From a virus (taxonomy: Duplodnaviria; Caudoviricetes), in the IMG/VR virus record IMGVR_UViG_3300048813_000081, positions 1 through 61,843 of that record: a DNA stretch of 61,843 nucleotides; one strand, written 5' to 3'. Position numbers and translations under genes: made by a program. Positions 1 to 9,886 of the stretch are shown here, piece by piece. Within the stretch, counting starts at the first letter, position 1. Every line of letters begins with the position of its first letter. The notes under the pieces are model-generated. The model did not search any database. It saw only the letters and a list, made by a program, of their open reading frames with translations, and was not told the DNA's origin.

Positions 1-3
1 GTC

Positions 4-1119
4 GTGGTCATGAATAGTGGCGGCACTGCCCAAACGACTGTTGCCCCATCTACTAGCGGTAACGTTTTAAGTAGTAATGGTACTGATTGGACAAGTGGTG
101 CAGTGCCAGCTAGTCATCCTGCTAATTGGTTTGGTACTGGTGCTGATGGTGCAGTTACTATAGGTTCAAATACTTATTTAACTAGTTCGACAGATGGTCC
201 AGCTGTTATAAAAAACTATTCTTCTTTAACCGTTAATGCTAGTCAACTATTATCAGTGTCCAATAGATGTAAAGGTTTAATTATCTATGTCACGGGAAAT
301 TGTACAGTTAACGGCAATATTATTATGGATGCATTAGGTGCATCTGCATCAGGCTCATCGCAAACGATTTATGAATATTCCGGTCAAACTGATGGTATTA
401 CTGCTGGCGAAGGACCTCCTGTAATTAGTACTTATAATACTCCTGCTACCGGTGCCGCAGGTGGTGCTGGTGCTACTGGTGCTAATGTTGGTTCTCCAGG
501 ATCTGCTGGTAGTGCGGGCCAAGCCGGCGGCGGCGGAGGCGGTGGTGGAGTTGAAGGTAATCAAGGTAATGGCGGTCCTGGTGGCGCAGGCACATCATAT
601 GCTGGCGGTTCTGGCGGCGGCGGTGGTGCTTATTTAAATCAAACCGGCGGTACGGGTTCTAGTACGGGTGGATCTGGAGGCGCGGGCGGTTCTCCTACTG
701 TAACTACTATTGGTGGTTCTGGAGGTGGCGCGGGCAATCCGGGCGGTACTGGCGGTACAGGTAATGGATCCGGTACAACCAATGGTATTACACCAACATC
801 TGGCGGCGGCGGTGGTTATTTAGCTTTAATCGTTGGCGGTAATTTAACTATTGGTAGTAGTGGAGTCGTATCAGCTAATGGTGGAGCTGGCGGAGCTGGT
901 GGTAATGGTACATCAGGCGGTGTAGCAGGTTCCGGCGGCGGCGGCGGCGGTGGTGGTAATGTATGGATATTCCATGCGGGTACATTAAGTAATACCGGTA
1001 CAGTAGAGGCATTAGGCGGTACAGCTGGAGCAGCTGGTGGCGGTTCCGGTGTAGCATTCCCTGGTTATGCAGGCGGAGCTGGTGGAAACGGTAGCGTCAG
1101 TATCACTCAAATTCTTTAA
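4..1119 (+). CDS. Glycine-rich virion/tail-fibre-like protein (5'-truncated by window edge)
   Basis: Poly-Gly GGxGG tracts and a phage-fibre-like GNVLSSNGTDWTS motif; ORF runs from the window start. Confidence 0.65.
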   Translation: MVMNSGGTAQTTVAPSTSGNVLSSNGTDWTSGAVPASHPANWFGTGADGAVTIGSNTYLTSSTDGPAVIKNYSSLTVNASQLLSVSNRCKGLIIYVTGNCTVNGNIIMDALGASASGSSQTIYEYSGQTDGITAGEGPPVISTYNTPATGAAGGAGATGANVGSPGSAGSAGQAGGGGGGGGVEGNQGNGGPGGAGTSYAGGSGGGGGAYLNQTGGTGSSTGGSGGAGGSPTVTTIGGSGGGAGNPGGTGGTGNGSGTTNGITPTSGGGGGYLALIVGGNLTIGSSGVVSANGGAGGAGGNGTSGGVAGSGGGGGGGGNVWIFHAGTLSNTGTVEALGGTAGAAGGGSGVAFPGYAGGAGGNGSVSITQIL

Positions 1120-1175
1120 TTAATCTTTCGACAGGGCATGTTAAACTTATCTTATCTATAATCATAGGTCTACCC

Positions 1176-1739
1176 ATGCCCCAATATCCAATGTCCTTCA
1201 ATTACCCAGGTCCATTTAATCTGACTGGTACTCCAGGTCAGGTATATAGTATGGTTGCTGATGCTGCTGGTAATTTAGTCATCGAAGCAGGCGCTGGACC
1301 AGATAGTGTTGATTTAACTACCGATGTCACTGGCATACTGCCAGTTGCTAACGGTGGGACAAACGCAGCTAATCTTGATGCGCTGGCTAAATCAGGCGCT
1401 AATAGCGATATAACCAGTCTCTCTGCCTTAACAGCCCCCTTAGCAGCCGCTGGCGCTAACTCAGATATAACATCTTTAAGTGGTCTTACAACCCCTCTAG
1501 GTACTCACGAAGGTGGTACAGGTTCTAATTTATTTAGTTCAGGACAGGCTACATTTGCATCTGCTGACAGTATAGATGTTGTCGATATCACTATTACCGC
1601 CGACAGTCTAGTTGTTGTTACTGAAGCTAGTAGCACACCTGCTAATACTTACGCTGTTGTAGTCTCAGCAGGCGTTGGTTTTACAATTTACAGCTCTGCA
1701 GCCAGTACAGCTACAGTAAACTATATGAGGATTAACTAA
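1176..1739 (+). CDS. Short fibre/decoration-type virion protein
   Basis: DLTTDVTGILPVANGGT and GANSDITSLS fibre repeats; C-terminal domain shared with 20485..22563. Confidence 0.6.
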   Translation: MPQYPMSFNYPGPFNLTGTPGQVYSMVADAAGNLVIEAGAGPDSVDLTTDVTGILPVANGGTNAANLDALAKSGANSDITSLSALTAPLAAAGANSDITSLSGLTTPLGTHEGGTGSNLFSSGQATFASADSIDVVDITITADSLVVVTEASSTPANTYAVVVSAGVGFTIYSSAASTATVNYMRIN

Positions 1740-2137
1740 TGTCAACTCCAACGCAACCAGGCGATGGCCAAATCTTAGATCAACGACCTCAATCGACTAC
1801 ACAGCCGATGGCAGTTGAGTCATCGATATTAATTAATGCGATTTGCAATGCCACAGCTACAGACGGTTCCCCTTGGATGAATATCGAAAGTTTTAGCAAG
1901 TTCGCTTTAGAAGTATCAACAATTTCAGGCGATGGTACTTATTCGTTACAATTAGTGGGTAGTTTGAGTCTTGAAAGTCCTGATCTAGTTTCTCTAGATG
2001 GTTTCAATTTAGGTTCAGCTATTACTGAGGATGGGATTACCTTTCCGACATTAAATGCAGTCCGTTGGCTTCAGGCACAACTCACGATTTCAGGTACTGC
2101 TACAGTTAACGTCAATCTGTCCGGTATTGCTCCTTAA
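1739..2137 (+). CDS. Hypothetical beta-rich virion protein
   Basis: TAATG stop/start overlap with the previous gene; lies in the structural operon. Confidence 0.5.
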   Translation: MSTPTQPGDGQILDQRPQSTTQPMAVESSILINAICNATATDGSPWMNIESFSKFALEVSTISGDGTYSLQLVGSLSLESPDLVSLDGFNLGSAITEDGITFPTLNAVRWLQAQLTISGTATVNVNLSGIAP

Positions 2138-2210
2138 ATTTGTTATAATTTATTCATATCACACCTAGGGCAGAGCCCTTTATTATGTCAGATGACATCA
2201 GGAGCACAAT

Positions 2211-2900
2211 ATGGATAACGTTACTAATCCTTTGGAAAATCAAGACGGACCGCCACCAGTAGAGCCTACTGGCAAGGGTCAGCCTCATCATGTCGAAGCC
2301 CGTTTGGCTGGACTGGAACCCGAACTTAAGGATATGTTCGAAAAGAACATAGCCGATAAAGTCGCTACGGAACGAAATTATCGCAACGCCGACGCTGAAT
2401 TGCGTAAAACTCAGCAAAAACTGGCTGAAATGGTCAAAGAAAAGCAAGATGCAGAAACTGCCCGTATGGTTGAACAAGGTAAATATAAAGAACTTGCCGA
2501 AGCCTCCGAAAAGCGCGCAAGAGAAGCTGATGATAAATTATTCACTTTTCAAGTCAAATCTCATTTAGACCGTGAATTAGACGCCGCTGGCGCGATTGAC
2601 TCAGATATGATGTCAGCGGCAGTATTGGCTAAGTATTCCGATGAATTACGCTCAAATCCAGATAAAGCGACTGAATTAGTGGCTAGTTTAAAGGTAGCCA
2701 AGCCTCTCCTGTTTAAACAGATGGTTGCAGCGGATGCAGCAGACGCTACTCCAGTACCTAGATCTACCGGTGCTCCTGACACTAGTCCTCCGGCAGGCAA
2801 GAATCCATCTACATTTGATGCTACCGATAAATCAGTACCTGAAAATGAAGTTAAGCGTAGATATAAGGAAGCTATGAAAAACGTTAGCTGGTTTAGCTAA
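2211..2900 (+). CDS. Capsid scaffolding protein
   Basis: AGGAG RBS; charged coiled coil (EQGKYKELAE), Pro-rich linker; directly upstream of the capsid gene. Confidence 0.75.
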   Translation: MDNVTNPLENQDGPPPVEPTGKGQPHHVEARLAGLEPELKDMFEKNIADKVATERNYRNADAELRKTQQKLAEMVKEKQDAETARMVEQGKYKELAEASEKRAREADDKLFTFQVKSHLDRELDAAGAIDSDMMSAAVLAKYSDELRSNPDKATELVASLKVAKPLLFKQMVAADAADATPVPRSTGAPDTSPPAGKNPSTFDATDKSVPENEVKRRYKEAMKNVSWFS

Positions 2901-3092
2901 TAGCGTTATCGTATAGCTGCGCTATACATTAATACGCGCAATTAAACTGTCATACACGCAGTTATATCCTTTTGCGCGCAAGTATCTCTGAGATAAATTT
3001 AACCTACACACCGAAAATGTGATAATATTAATCTTGAAACGTAATGTTTCTTAATATTAGGTTTAAAGTTTTTCTCAAGAGGTTTTATTAAT
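2901..3092 (+). promoter_or_regulatory. Structured 5' leader of the major capsid gene
   Basis: Stems GTATAGC/GCTATAC (2911-2927), GCGCAA/TTGCGC (2936-2977), TAATATTAA/TTAATATTA (3023-3059) and TGAGA/TCTCA ending at the AAGAGG RBS. Confidence 0.45.
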
Positions 3093-4493
3093 ATGGCGAT
3101 CGTGAACCCTAATTCTGGCTTTCAAATTGCCTATCAACAAAACTACTTAGCCCGCTTTTTTGAGGAAGGTTTAGACAGTGAAATGGCATTTCGTAGAGAT
3201 GCATTTCAAGAATTGATTCCTATCGGTGCCGGTCAAACAATTACAAAAACCCGCGTTGGCAGAACACCTCCGCAAGTTAATCCTCTCAATCCTCTTAATG
3301 TTACTGGTTTGGATAACGGTCTTACCGCTTCAACTCCTAACCTAGAACAATACATCTACAGTGTATTCGAATATGGTGGTCTTAAACAAGTCGACTTACT
3401 TGCTGAACAAGCTGGTATCGCTGACCAATTAATGATGAATGCTAAGCTTAACGGCGTTGAAGCTGCTCAAACAGTAGAACGTATCGCTAAGAAAACATGG
3501 TTCGCCGCTTACAATACAGGCAATTCCTGGATACGCGACGATGGTTCAGCCAGTGATCCTACTACAGCTAGAATATACCTTGATGATATCCGTGGTTTCC
3601 AAACAGTTCCAGTTAATGGACAAATGCAACCAGTATCGTCCAGTTATCCTCTTTTAGTTAATGAAGTAGCTTTTCAATCAGGCGTCGATCAATCTTTTTA
3701 TGTAACCGCCGCAGTTGCTGATGCAGTAACCCAAAGCGTTTATCCTTCTTCAGTAGCTGGACAATCCTCTGATGGTGTTTCTGGTTACTTAACCATATAT
3801 CCAGTAGCTGGTACTTTGCCAGTCGCCGGTGATGCTATTCAATCTAGCTTGGCTACTCCAGTGCTTCGTCCAAACAACAAGCAAGGTACTAACCAACTTA
3901 CTTCTAGCGATCAATTGACAATTCAATTGCTCAACAACGCTAAAGCCGTACTGCAACAAAATGCTGTTCCAGTACATCCTGAAGATCGCTGCTATCACTT
4001 GTATTACGACTATCAATCAGAAAATGAATTGTTAGTTGACCAACAATTCCAAATAATGTCAGCAAGCCGTCTTTCTGACCCAGAAGACCAAAATGGTCGT
4101 ATCTTCACCTTAATGGGCATGAAATTCATACCTACCACTGAAGCTTACCTACAAGCAATGGTAACTGCAGCCGGTATGCAAGCAGCTCCACCTAACACAA
4201 TGGTTCACCGTGTATTGATTACTGGTTATGACGGTTTGCGTCAAGGTAACTTTGCCGGTCTTGAATCTTATGCAAATCGTGATGGAGTTGGTTCAATCAA
4301 CAACATCTACCTTGTAGACAATATAGCCCACATAATTCGTTCACCTCTAGACAATATGGGTCGTCAAGTTTCATTAGCTTACCTGACAGTATTTGCCATG
4401 GTTTGCCCAACTGATTTGACTACAACCCCTGCAATTATCCCTACATGTAATAACGCCACGTTCAAACGTGCTGTTGTTATAGAACATTGTTAA
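3093..4493 (+). CDS. Major capsid protein (HK97 fold, with insertion)
   Basis: 466 aa after scaffold; capsid-like segments (LTIQLLNNAKAVLQQNAVP, GRIFTLMGMKFI, SPLDNMGRQVSLAY, KRAVVIEH); strong RBS. Confidence 0.8.
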   Translation: MAIVNPNSGFQIAYQQNYLARFFEEGLDSEMAFRRDAFQELIPIGAGQTITKTRVGRTPPQVNPLNPLNVTGLDNGLTASTPNLEQYIYSVFEYGGLKQVDLLAEQAGIADQLMMNAKLNGVEAAQTVERIAKKTWFAAYNTGNSWIRDDGSASDPTTARIYLDDIRGFQTVPVNGQMQPVSSSYPLLVNEVAFQSGVDQSFYVTAAVADAVTQSVYPSSVAGQSSDGVSGYLTIYPVAGTLPVAGDAIQSSLATPVLRPNNKQGTNQLTSSDQLTIQLLNNAKAVLQQNAVPVHPEDRCYHLYYDYQSENELLVDQQFQIMSASRLSDPEDQNGRIFTLMGMKFIPTTEAYLQAMVTAAGMQAAPPNTMVHRVLITGYDGLRQGNFAGLESYANRDGVGSINNIYLVDNIAHIIRSPLDNMGRQVSLAYLTVFAMVCPTDLTTTPAIIPTCNNATFKRAVVIEHC

Positions 4494-4510
4494 TCACTAA
4501 GGAGTGAATT

Positions 4511-4750
4511 ATGGCTTCTGAAAAGGCACCGATCGTAAATACCCAGCTCATCTCCAAGAGAATGCCAGAAATGCGTAAGCAAAGAATGGCAAGCCGTGAA
4601 GACGCCCGTCTTCCAGGCGAACGCGGAATTAAGAGCGCTGGTGGTCCCGTGAAAGAAGGTTCTTTCAGAATGAATTCTGAAGTAATGGACCGTATCGTAG
4701 GTTCACGCGAAGTAGCAGACATGACCGTAACACAGGAGCCTAGTTTGTAA
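4511..4750 (+). CDS. Hypothetical small head-region protein
   Basis: AAGGAG RBS; coupled to the next gene. Confidence 0.55.
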   Translation: MASEKAPIVNTQLISKRMPEMRKQRMASREDARLPGERGIKSAGGPVKEGSFRMNSEVMDRIVGSREVADMTVTQEPSL

Positions 4751-5106
4751 TGAGTAACCCAGTTCAACCAGTATTTGGAACAATAGCACCTCTAGACGTT
4801 CCAGCCGCTGAAGTAGTATCTCAAGTAGCTAGCTTTAACGCAGCTTTACTTTCAACGAACTTTGTCAACACCACAGCTGGCGCTGTAGTTGCAACTCTTC
4901 CAGATGCGACACTTAGCCCAGGTAAGGGTCTTGTAGTTTTCTGTACAGTTCATAGTTCTAACGTAACCTTCGCATGTGTTAATTCGCAAGATATTAACGG
5001 TGCTGCTGGTACAAGTCTTACAGCTTTAAGTGCTGCTAACACGGGCTATGTATTCCTTTCAGATGGTAACAACTGGTTCGCAGCTGCTGGTCTGGCTATT
5101 AAGTAA
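4750..5106 (+). CDS. Small virion beta-sandwich protein (head fibre/decoration-like)
   Basis: VNTTAGAVVATLPDA...QDING...FLSDGNNW module typical of phage fibre/baseplate domains. Confidence 0.55.
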   Translation: MSNPVQPVFGTIAPLDVPAAEVVSQVASFNAALLSTNFVNTTAGAVVATLPDATLSPGKGLVVFCTVHSSNVTFACVNSQDINGAAGTSLTALSAANTGYVFLSDGNNWFAAAGLAIK

Positions 5107-5122
5107 CGCCCAGGAGGTGTTT

Positions 5123-5389
5123 ATGAAACCAGGCAAAGTAGTAAAAATCATGGGTCCAGATTGGAACCCAGCTAGTATGAATGTTGGTAAACCTACCCGC
5201 ATGAATTATGGCGAAAAGACTACCACCCCGCAGACTACTGCAGGCGAAAAGCGTATCGAAGATGTGTTTATACCGTATTATGATAGACGTGGGTTTATCA
5301 CTAACAACGCAGCCCGTACAGCAACAGGACAAATGTTTGTTATACCGACCAGCTGTGGCGTTATGGAAGAAAGAGATCTAGGAGCATAG
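5123..5389 (+). CDS. Hypothetical protein
   Basis: AGGAGGT RBS before ATG 5123 (preferred over 5030). Confidence 0.55.
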   Translation: MKPGKVVKIMGPDWNPASMNVGKPTRMNYGEKTTTPQTTAGEKRIEDVFIPYYDRRGFITNNAARTATGQMFVIPTSCGVMEERDLGA

Positions 5390-5390
5390 T

Positions 5391-6284
5391 ATGAGTTCAC
5401 CCAGCGCACAAAATCCGTTACTTACACCAAATTTCAGTCAATACAGTTCTGCTGGACTGGTAAGTATTGCTCAAAGCCCAGCTGATGTTTTAGCTGCCAA
5501 CCCCCGGGTTGCTGCCACTGAAACATTGACTTTAAGTACTAATCCTACCAATGCTGACGTTTTGACACTTACTTTATCTAATCCAACCTTACCTAATGGA
5601 TCGCTTGCCGTTTCTTTCACAGCCTCATCTGATACAAATATTACCGCAGCTGCAAAATTAGCAGCTGCACTATCTTTAAGCCCAGTAGCTATGGGTCACA
5701 ATATCGTCGGCACTTCTTTGTCAAATGTTTTGTCGGTACATCAATCAGGTCCAGTTGGAAATTATACGCTAGTTGCGTTTCATTCCACGGGATCTACTAC
5801 AGCTGTTTTAAGCAATCAAGCGTCCAGCTCTGCTGTTGTAGGCGGTTCTGCTACTGAAGCAGATGTAGTTACTTTAGTGTTTACTAATGCAAGTTTCTCA
5901 GGCGGCTACGAAGATGTTGCTTATACAGTTCCAGCTACACCAACTTTAGGTTCAGTAGCGGCAGGTATAAATGCTGCCATTAATGCAGACGTTGTATTAC
6001 AAGCTAATAACATTAGTTCCACAGTTGTAGCTGAAACACTCACAATCAGTCAATCGGGTCCAAATTTCGCTACCTTATCTTATACAAAAGGTAGCAATTC
6101 TGAAACAGTTGTTTTCGCTTCCCTGCAAGGCGTTGCTCAAGGCGGCTCTGGTCCAGTAATACCATGCTTAAATTTCAATTCTTCACAAGGCGTTCAAACG
6201 TTAGTTATGAAAGCTGGCAACCCAGTTCAACTGAATACGCCTACAGTGGCCGATTTAGTCAGAACAGGTAGTCCAGTCATCTAA
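5391..6284 (+). CDS. Virion structural protein with two sheath-insertion-like domains
   Basis: AGGAG RBS; Ala/Thr/Ser-rich; repeated module resembling the sheath insertion domain. Confidence 0.6.
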   Translation: MSSPSAQNPLLTPNFSQYSSAGLVSIAQSPADVLAANPRVAATETLTLSTNPTNADVLTLTLSNPTLPNGSLAVSFTASSDTNITAAAKLAAALSLSPVAMGHNIVGTSLSNVLSVHQSGPVGNYTLVAFHSTGSTTAVLSNQASSSAVVGGSATEADVVTLVFTNASFSGGYEDVAYTVPATPTLGSVAAGINAAINADVVLQANNISSTVVAETLTISQSGPNFATLSYTKGSNSETVVFASLQGVAQGGSGPVIPCLNFNSSQGVQTLVMKAGNPVQLNTPTVADLVRTGSPVI

Positions 6285-6761
6285 CTACTGACTTAGAAGT
6301 ATTCGACAAAAATCTATCAATTCTTCATGAGTCATAGCGCCTTTAGCCGTGTTGTATCTTTTAGACACCCACTGCAGATTACTGTATTTATAGGCTAAGT
6401 TGGGATACCTAGAAACTGGTCGAATATGGTCTAGATGTAGATTTACGCCTATCACTAAAGGTTCTTTAGTGTAAGGACAGATAGGCGATGTCTGCAAGTC
6501 CTGATGTAATTGAATAGCCAACGCCCGCATCGCTAGCCGTCCTGGATGGTATTTAACGTTCCCGCGCCGACTGCCGGAGCGTCCATTTAATAGTTGCAAT
6601 ACCCACTCTGGACCTTCTGCCTTTCGATGCTTCAAGAAACATGCTTTAGCGTAGGCGTCGGCGCAATCTTTACAAGAACTCTGTTTCTTATCTTTCGTAT
6701 GACCATGGGCACTAAATCTATCCATTGCCAAACTAAGCTTGCATTTATTGCATATTTTCAT
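6285..6761 (-). CDS. HNH homing endonuclease (N-terminal CxxC zinc finger)
   Basis: MKICNKC..CKDC; CPYT...HLDHIRP...NLQWVSKRYNTAKG HNH motif; antisense insertion in the structural operon. Confidence 0.85.
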   Translation of the reverse strand: MKICNKCKLSLAMDRFSAHGHTKDKKQSSCKDCADAYAKACFLKHRKAEGPEWVLQLLNGRSGSRRGNVKYHPGRLAMRALAIQLHQDLQTSPICPYTKEPLVIGVNLHLDHIRPVSRYPNLAYKYSNLQWVSKRYNTAKGAMTHEELIDFCRILLSQ

Positions 6762-6830
6762 ATCTGCCAATTATCCCAGACTTTTCAGCGATTTATAACT
6801 TAAAATATACTTATATACTTGGAGATTTAC

Positions 6831-7721
6831 ATGCCTATAACCGAAGTTGACAAAGTGCAAGTGCGCCGTTTCTTAGACTATAGCGCCGTTGGTTTATATA
6901 GACAATCGCCCGGTGGTGGCTCTCTAGCGCCATTCAACACTGGATTTCGTATGTTTAACTCTTACGGTAATCTAGAATTTAAAATGAATAACTTACTTCC
7001 CGAAGAAGAAGCGACGCTAACAGGTCGTCCTTACGGAGCCATAGCATTTAATCAACCAAATCCGACGCAATATACAATCCCTGTAGATTCTGGCTCTACA
7101 GTACAAGTCTCTATAGCTTCTACAGCCTTCGGCTCATCCTCTCCAGTCGTTTTAAATTACACCGTAGTAGAAGGCGACACCTTCTTGACGATATGCGGCA
7201 ATATAGCCCAACTAGCTGCCTCTAATGGCGTATTTAGTGGGGCAGGGTTCTATGCAATGAATGGTTATGGAGCTGGTCCGATAGGACAGCCTCAAGATCC
7301 TTCACAGCAAGTCACTATGCCTATATGTTCATTTGTTGCCCCAACTCCATGTACACCTTTCACATTAACGGTTACGGGAACTGGACAAACTATTCCACAA
7401 ATTATAGCTAACGGTATTCCGCTACCTCCAACTTTAACGTCTAATCTAAGCTTCCCACCTACAAAAGTGTTTGGTTATTTGCCAATCTTAGTGTATCTGG
7501 AAGACCAGATGCTAGGTTCTACGTCGGATAACTTATCAGTATTCAAAGCTAATGACGCCATTTTAAGATTGACTGAGATGAAGGATAGAAAAATGCTATT
7601 CAAAACGCAATGCAATCGTCTTGCCGTATTTCTAGGTATTATGAAAAACCCCGACAACGCGGCGCTTACTGGTAGCGCTACCCTAGGTAACTTATCAGGC
7701 GGCATGCGGAGTGTCGTATGA
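6831..7721 (+). CDS. Head-tail adaptor/connector protein
   Basis: GGAG RBS; DKVQVRRFLDY N-terminus and LAVFLG C-terminus; position after capsid. Confidence 0.55.
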   Translation: MPITEVDKVQVRRFLDYSAVGLYRQSPGGGSLAPFNTGFRMFNSYGNLEFKMNNLLPEEEATLTGRPYGAIAFNQPNPTQYTIPVDSGSTVQVSIASTAFGSSSPVVLNYTVVEGDTFLTICGNIAQLAASNGVFSGAGFYAMNGYGAGPIGQPQDPSQQVTMPICSFVAPTPCTPFTLTVTGTGQTIPQIIANGIPLPPTLTSNLSFPPTKVFGYLPILVYLEDQMLGSTSDNLSVFKANDAILRLTEMKDRKMLFKTQCNRLAVFLGIMKNPDNAALTGSATLGNLSGGMRSVV

Positions 7722-8497
7722 GCTGGATCTCTATCACTAGGATCTTGCAGAACGCGTATGGCGTGGCAGCCGTCCAAGTAGGACCGCCATTCTCTGTATA
7801 CCGCACCACTGATGGTTCTAGCGGCAATATTATTCAGCCACAGAACCTAATTGCTGATAATGTTAGAGTAGACAGACAAGTTATGAAATCAGGGGATAAA
7901 GCATTTGAAGGTACGAAAGATTTACCAAATTTTTGGTACAAGATTATGGCTAATTGTAATTCGTTCCTGGTGGGCGATATTTTTATTCTTAAAAACCTAC
8001 CTCTAAATCGTGGCTGGGTAGCAACAACCTATAACACAACCGAATTCACCGCATTTTGCTTAGCAGAGAATATGCCTACTAGACATCCTATTGGAGCCAG
8101 ATTAAACACTACTGCCCAGCTGTATACTTCGTCATGCTTACCTACGGCTGCTAATTATTTTGATTCTACTAATCCTAATCGGATGCCTATTATATTAGTC
8201 AATGGACAGTTCGTTGCTCTCAATGCGGGACAGGAGGCTGCAGTAATACCAGTAGGAGTTATGCCTTACCGAAGCTATGGCGGTGGGATTTATAACCAAC
8301 CTACTCCCGATATGCCTCCGGTAGAAAAAAGACTTATATATTTACCTGCTTTACCTGGTTACGTTCCCGTAGCTTCCGATGAGCTTATCTTTCAGGATGG
8401 ATCGCGCTATCAGATTGATTCGAACTATAGGCAAGTAACAGGAACCTCTGGAGGTTTGTATATTTGCAAAAAGTTCGTCACTGGTGGTGGGCAATAA
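7718..8497 (+). CDS. Head closure/stopper-like protein
   Basis: ATGA overlap; DELIFQDGSRYQI motif of head-closure proteins; synteny. Confidence 0.5.
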   Translation: MSWISITRILQNAYGVAAVQVGPPFSVYRTTDGSSGNIIQPQNLIADNVRVDRQVMKSGDKAFEGTKDLPNFWYKIMANCNSFLVGDIFILKNLPLNRGWVATTYNTTEFTAFCLAENMPTRHPIGARLNTTAQLYTSSCLPTAANYFDSTNPNRMPIILVNGQFVALNAGQEAAVIPVGVMPYRSYGGGIYNQPTPDMPPVEKRLIYLPALPGYVPVASDELIFQDGSRYQIDSNYRQVTGTSGGLYICKKFVTGGGQ

Positions 8498-9372
8498 TGG
8501 CAAACGTTAACCAACTCTACCAAGCATTAATAACACAAATAACCACTGCATTTGCCGGTACCAATCCTTTAGTGAATACTCTTCCCGTACTGCCAGCTCC
8601 AGAGATAGGTATCGACTGGCCTGCTCAGAAGTGCATAGGAGCTGTATCTAACGGTACTGAACCTGCTTTAATTAGTTTCTTCGACCGTGGAACTACTAAG
8701 AATATTACTAGAGCTATTCCGCTACTGAATGTCTTACCTCCTATCGGACCTAATCCGGGAGCTGTATTGACGCCTAGTAGTTTACTACTGAAAGCCGGAG
8801 AGACAGTTGCTTTAACAGGGTCTTCGACTCCGATAATTAACGACGCGTTCTGCCTTACCCTTATATATGGATCGGCAGGGCAGTTTCAATTATTCGCTGA
8901 ATATACCTGTTCCAACACCGACACATTGACTACTGCCCTTACAGCGCTAACGGCTAAAATTAACTTATTTGAAAGCTTCTCAGCTGCATTAGTGGGAGAT
9001 GTCATTACAGTTACTAGTACATTTCAGCAAAACGTTACCGTAAGAGCTGAAGTAACTAATATAGCCACGGTAACTATGGAAGGCTACCGATGGTTAAGGG
9101 ATATACAAATAACATTATGGGTGCCATCGCCTGCTGCACGTTCGAAGTATGGCGATGTTTTAGAACAGCTGCTTACGCAACTAGAAGTAAATTATGGATT
9201 CTTTACAGCTGATAATACTGCAGTTAGAGTGCTAGTTACCCACGACCATATCTGGACTGATAGCCAGTTGCAAGACTATTACCGACGGGATTTCATAATA
9301 TCTCTAGATTACGCTGTCTTAAATACGTTACCTGCATTCCCAATAGAAACGATATCGCAGAATTATGGTTAA
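8497..9372 (+). CDS. Tail terminator/completion-like protein
   Basis: TAATG overlap; IQITLWVPSPAARSK...YRRDFIISLDY; synteny before sheath. Confidence 0.5.
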   Translation: MANVNQLYQALITQITTAFAGTNPLVNTLPVLPAPEIGIDWPAQKCIGAVSNGTEPALISFFDRGTTKNITRAIPLLNVLPPIGPNPGAVLTPSSLLLKAGETVALTGSSTPIINDAFCLTLIYGSAGQFQLFAEYTCSNTDTLTTALTALTAKINLFESFSAALVGDVITVTSTFQQNVTVRAEVTNIATVTMEGYRWLRDIQITLWVPSPAARSKYGDVLEQLLTQLEVNYGFFTADNTAVRVLVTHDHIWTDSQLQDYYRRDFIISLDYAVLNTLPAFPIETISQNYG

Positions 9373-9389
9373 TATTCCTGAAAAGGCAT

Positions 9390-9409
9390 ATATTCCCGCG
9401 CGGGAATAT
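9390..9409. repeat. Perfect 20-bp palindrome ATATTCCCGCGCGGGAATAT
   Basis: Read directly; flanked by an outer ATTCCTG/CAGGAAT inverted repeat. Confidence 0.85.
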
Positions 9410-9478
9410 TAAGACTTACAGGAATGTATTCTAGCTATCTTTACTAGCTGCCTCATATCTGTCATAACAGAGTTAGAG

Positions 9479-9886
9479 GTGATTGACATGGAAGAATATT
9501 ATGAATATATAGATTACATCAGTAAACAGCACTTGGAAGAATGTTATGTGTATGAACTGCCTGATACTTTAGATGAAATACGTACCACGTTAGGACTTAA
9601 GGAACCTCCCGTAGCATTTATTCGTCGCTACTGGGCTAATCTTGTCCTAGAACACTGGCGTCAGTTCTGGTGTCTAGAGTGGCTGTATGAACGTTCAGGC
9701 CGCCCCCAAGTAGAAGGATTAGATATTATTACGACTATTGAATGCTGCAAAGTGCATTTAGAAGGGTGTCTCATGGCTAGCTATGAGAATTGCGACTTAG
9801 TTGAAACTAAACATATTCTTAGCAATTGCTATTGCCCGAAGTGCTACAACGACAAACTTAGTGGATGGAGACAAGCTGATGTATAA
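9479..9886 (+). CDS. Hypothetical protein with C-terminal Cys cluster
   Basis: 135 aa ORF, CYCPKC; inserted within the structural arm. Confidence 0.5.
   Translation: MIDMEEYYEYIDYISKQHLEECYVYELPDTLDEIRTTLGLKEPPVAFIRRYWANLVLEHWRQFWCLEWLYERSGRPQVEGLDIITTIECCKVHLEGCLMASYENCDLVETKHILSNCYCPKCYNDKLSGWRQADV

Noticed and set aside
2980-3080. Hammerhead ribozyme in the capsid leader
   Set aside because: CTGAGAT does not fit the CUGANGA core, and no correctly placed GAAA/cleavage triplet geometry was found.
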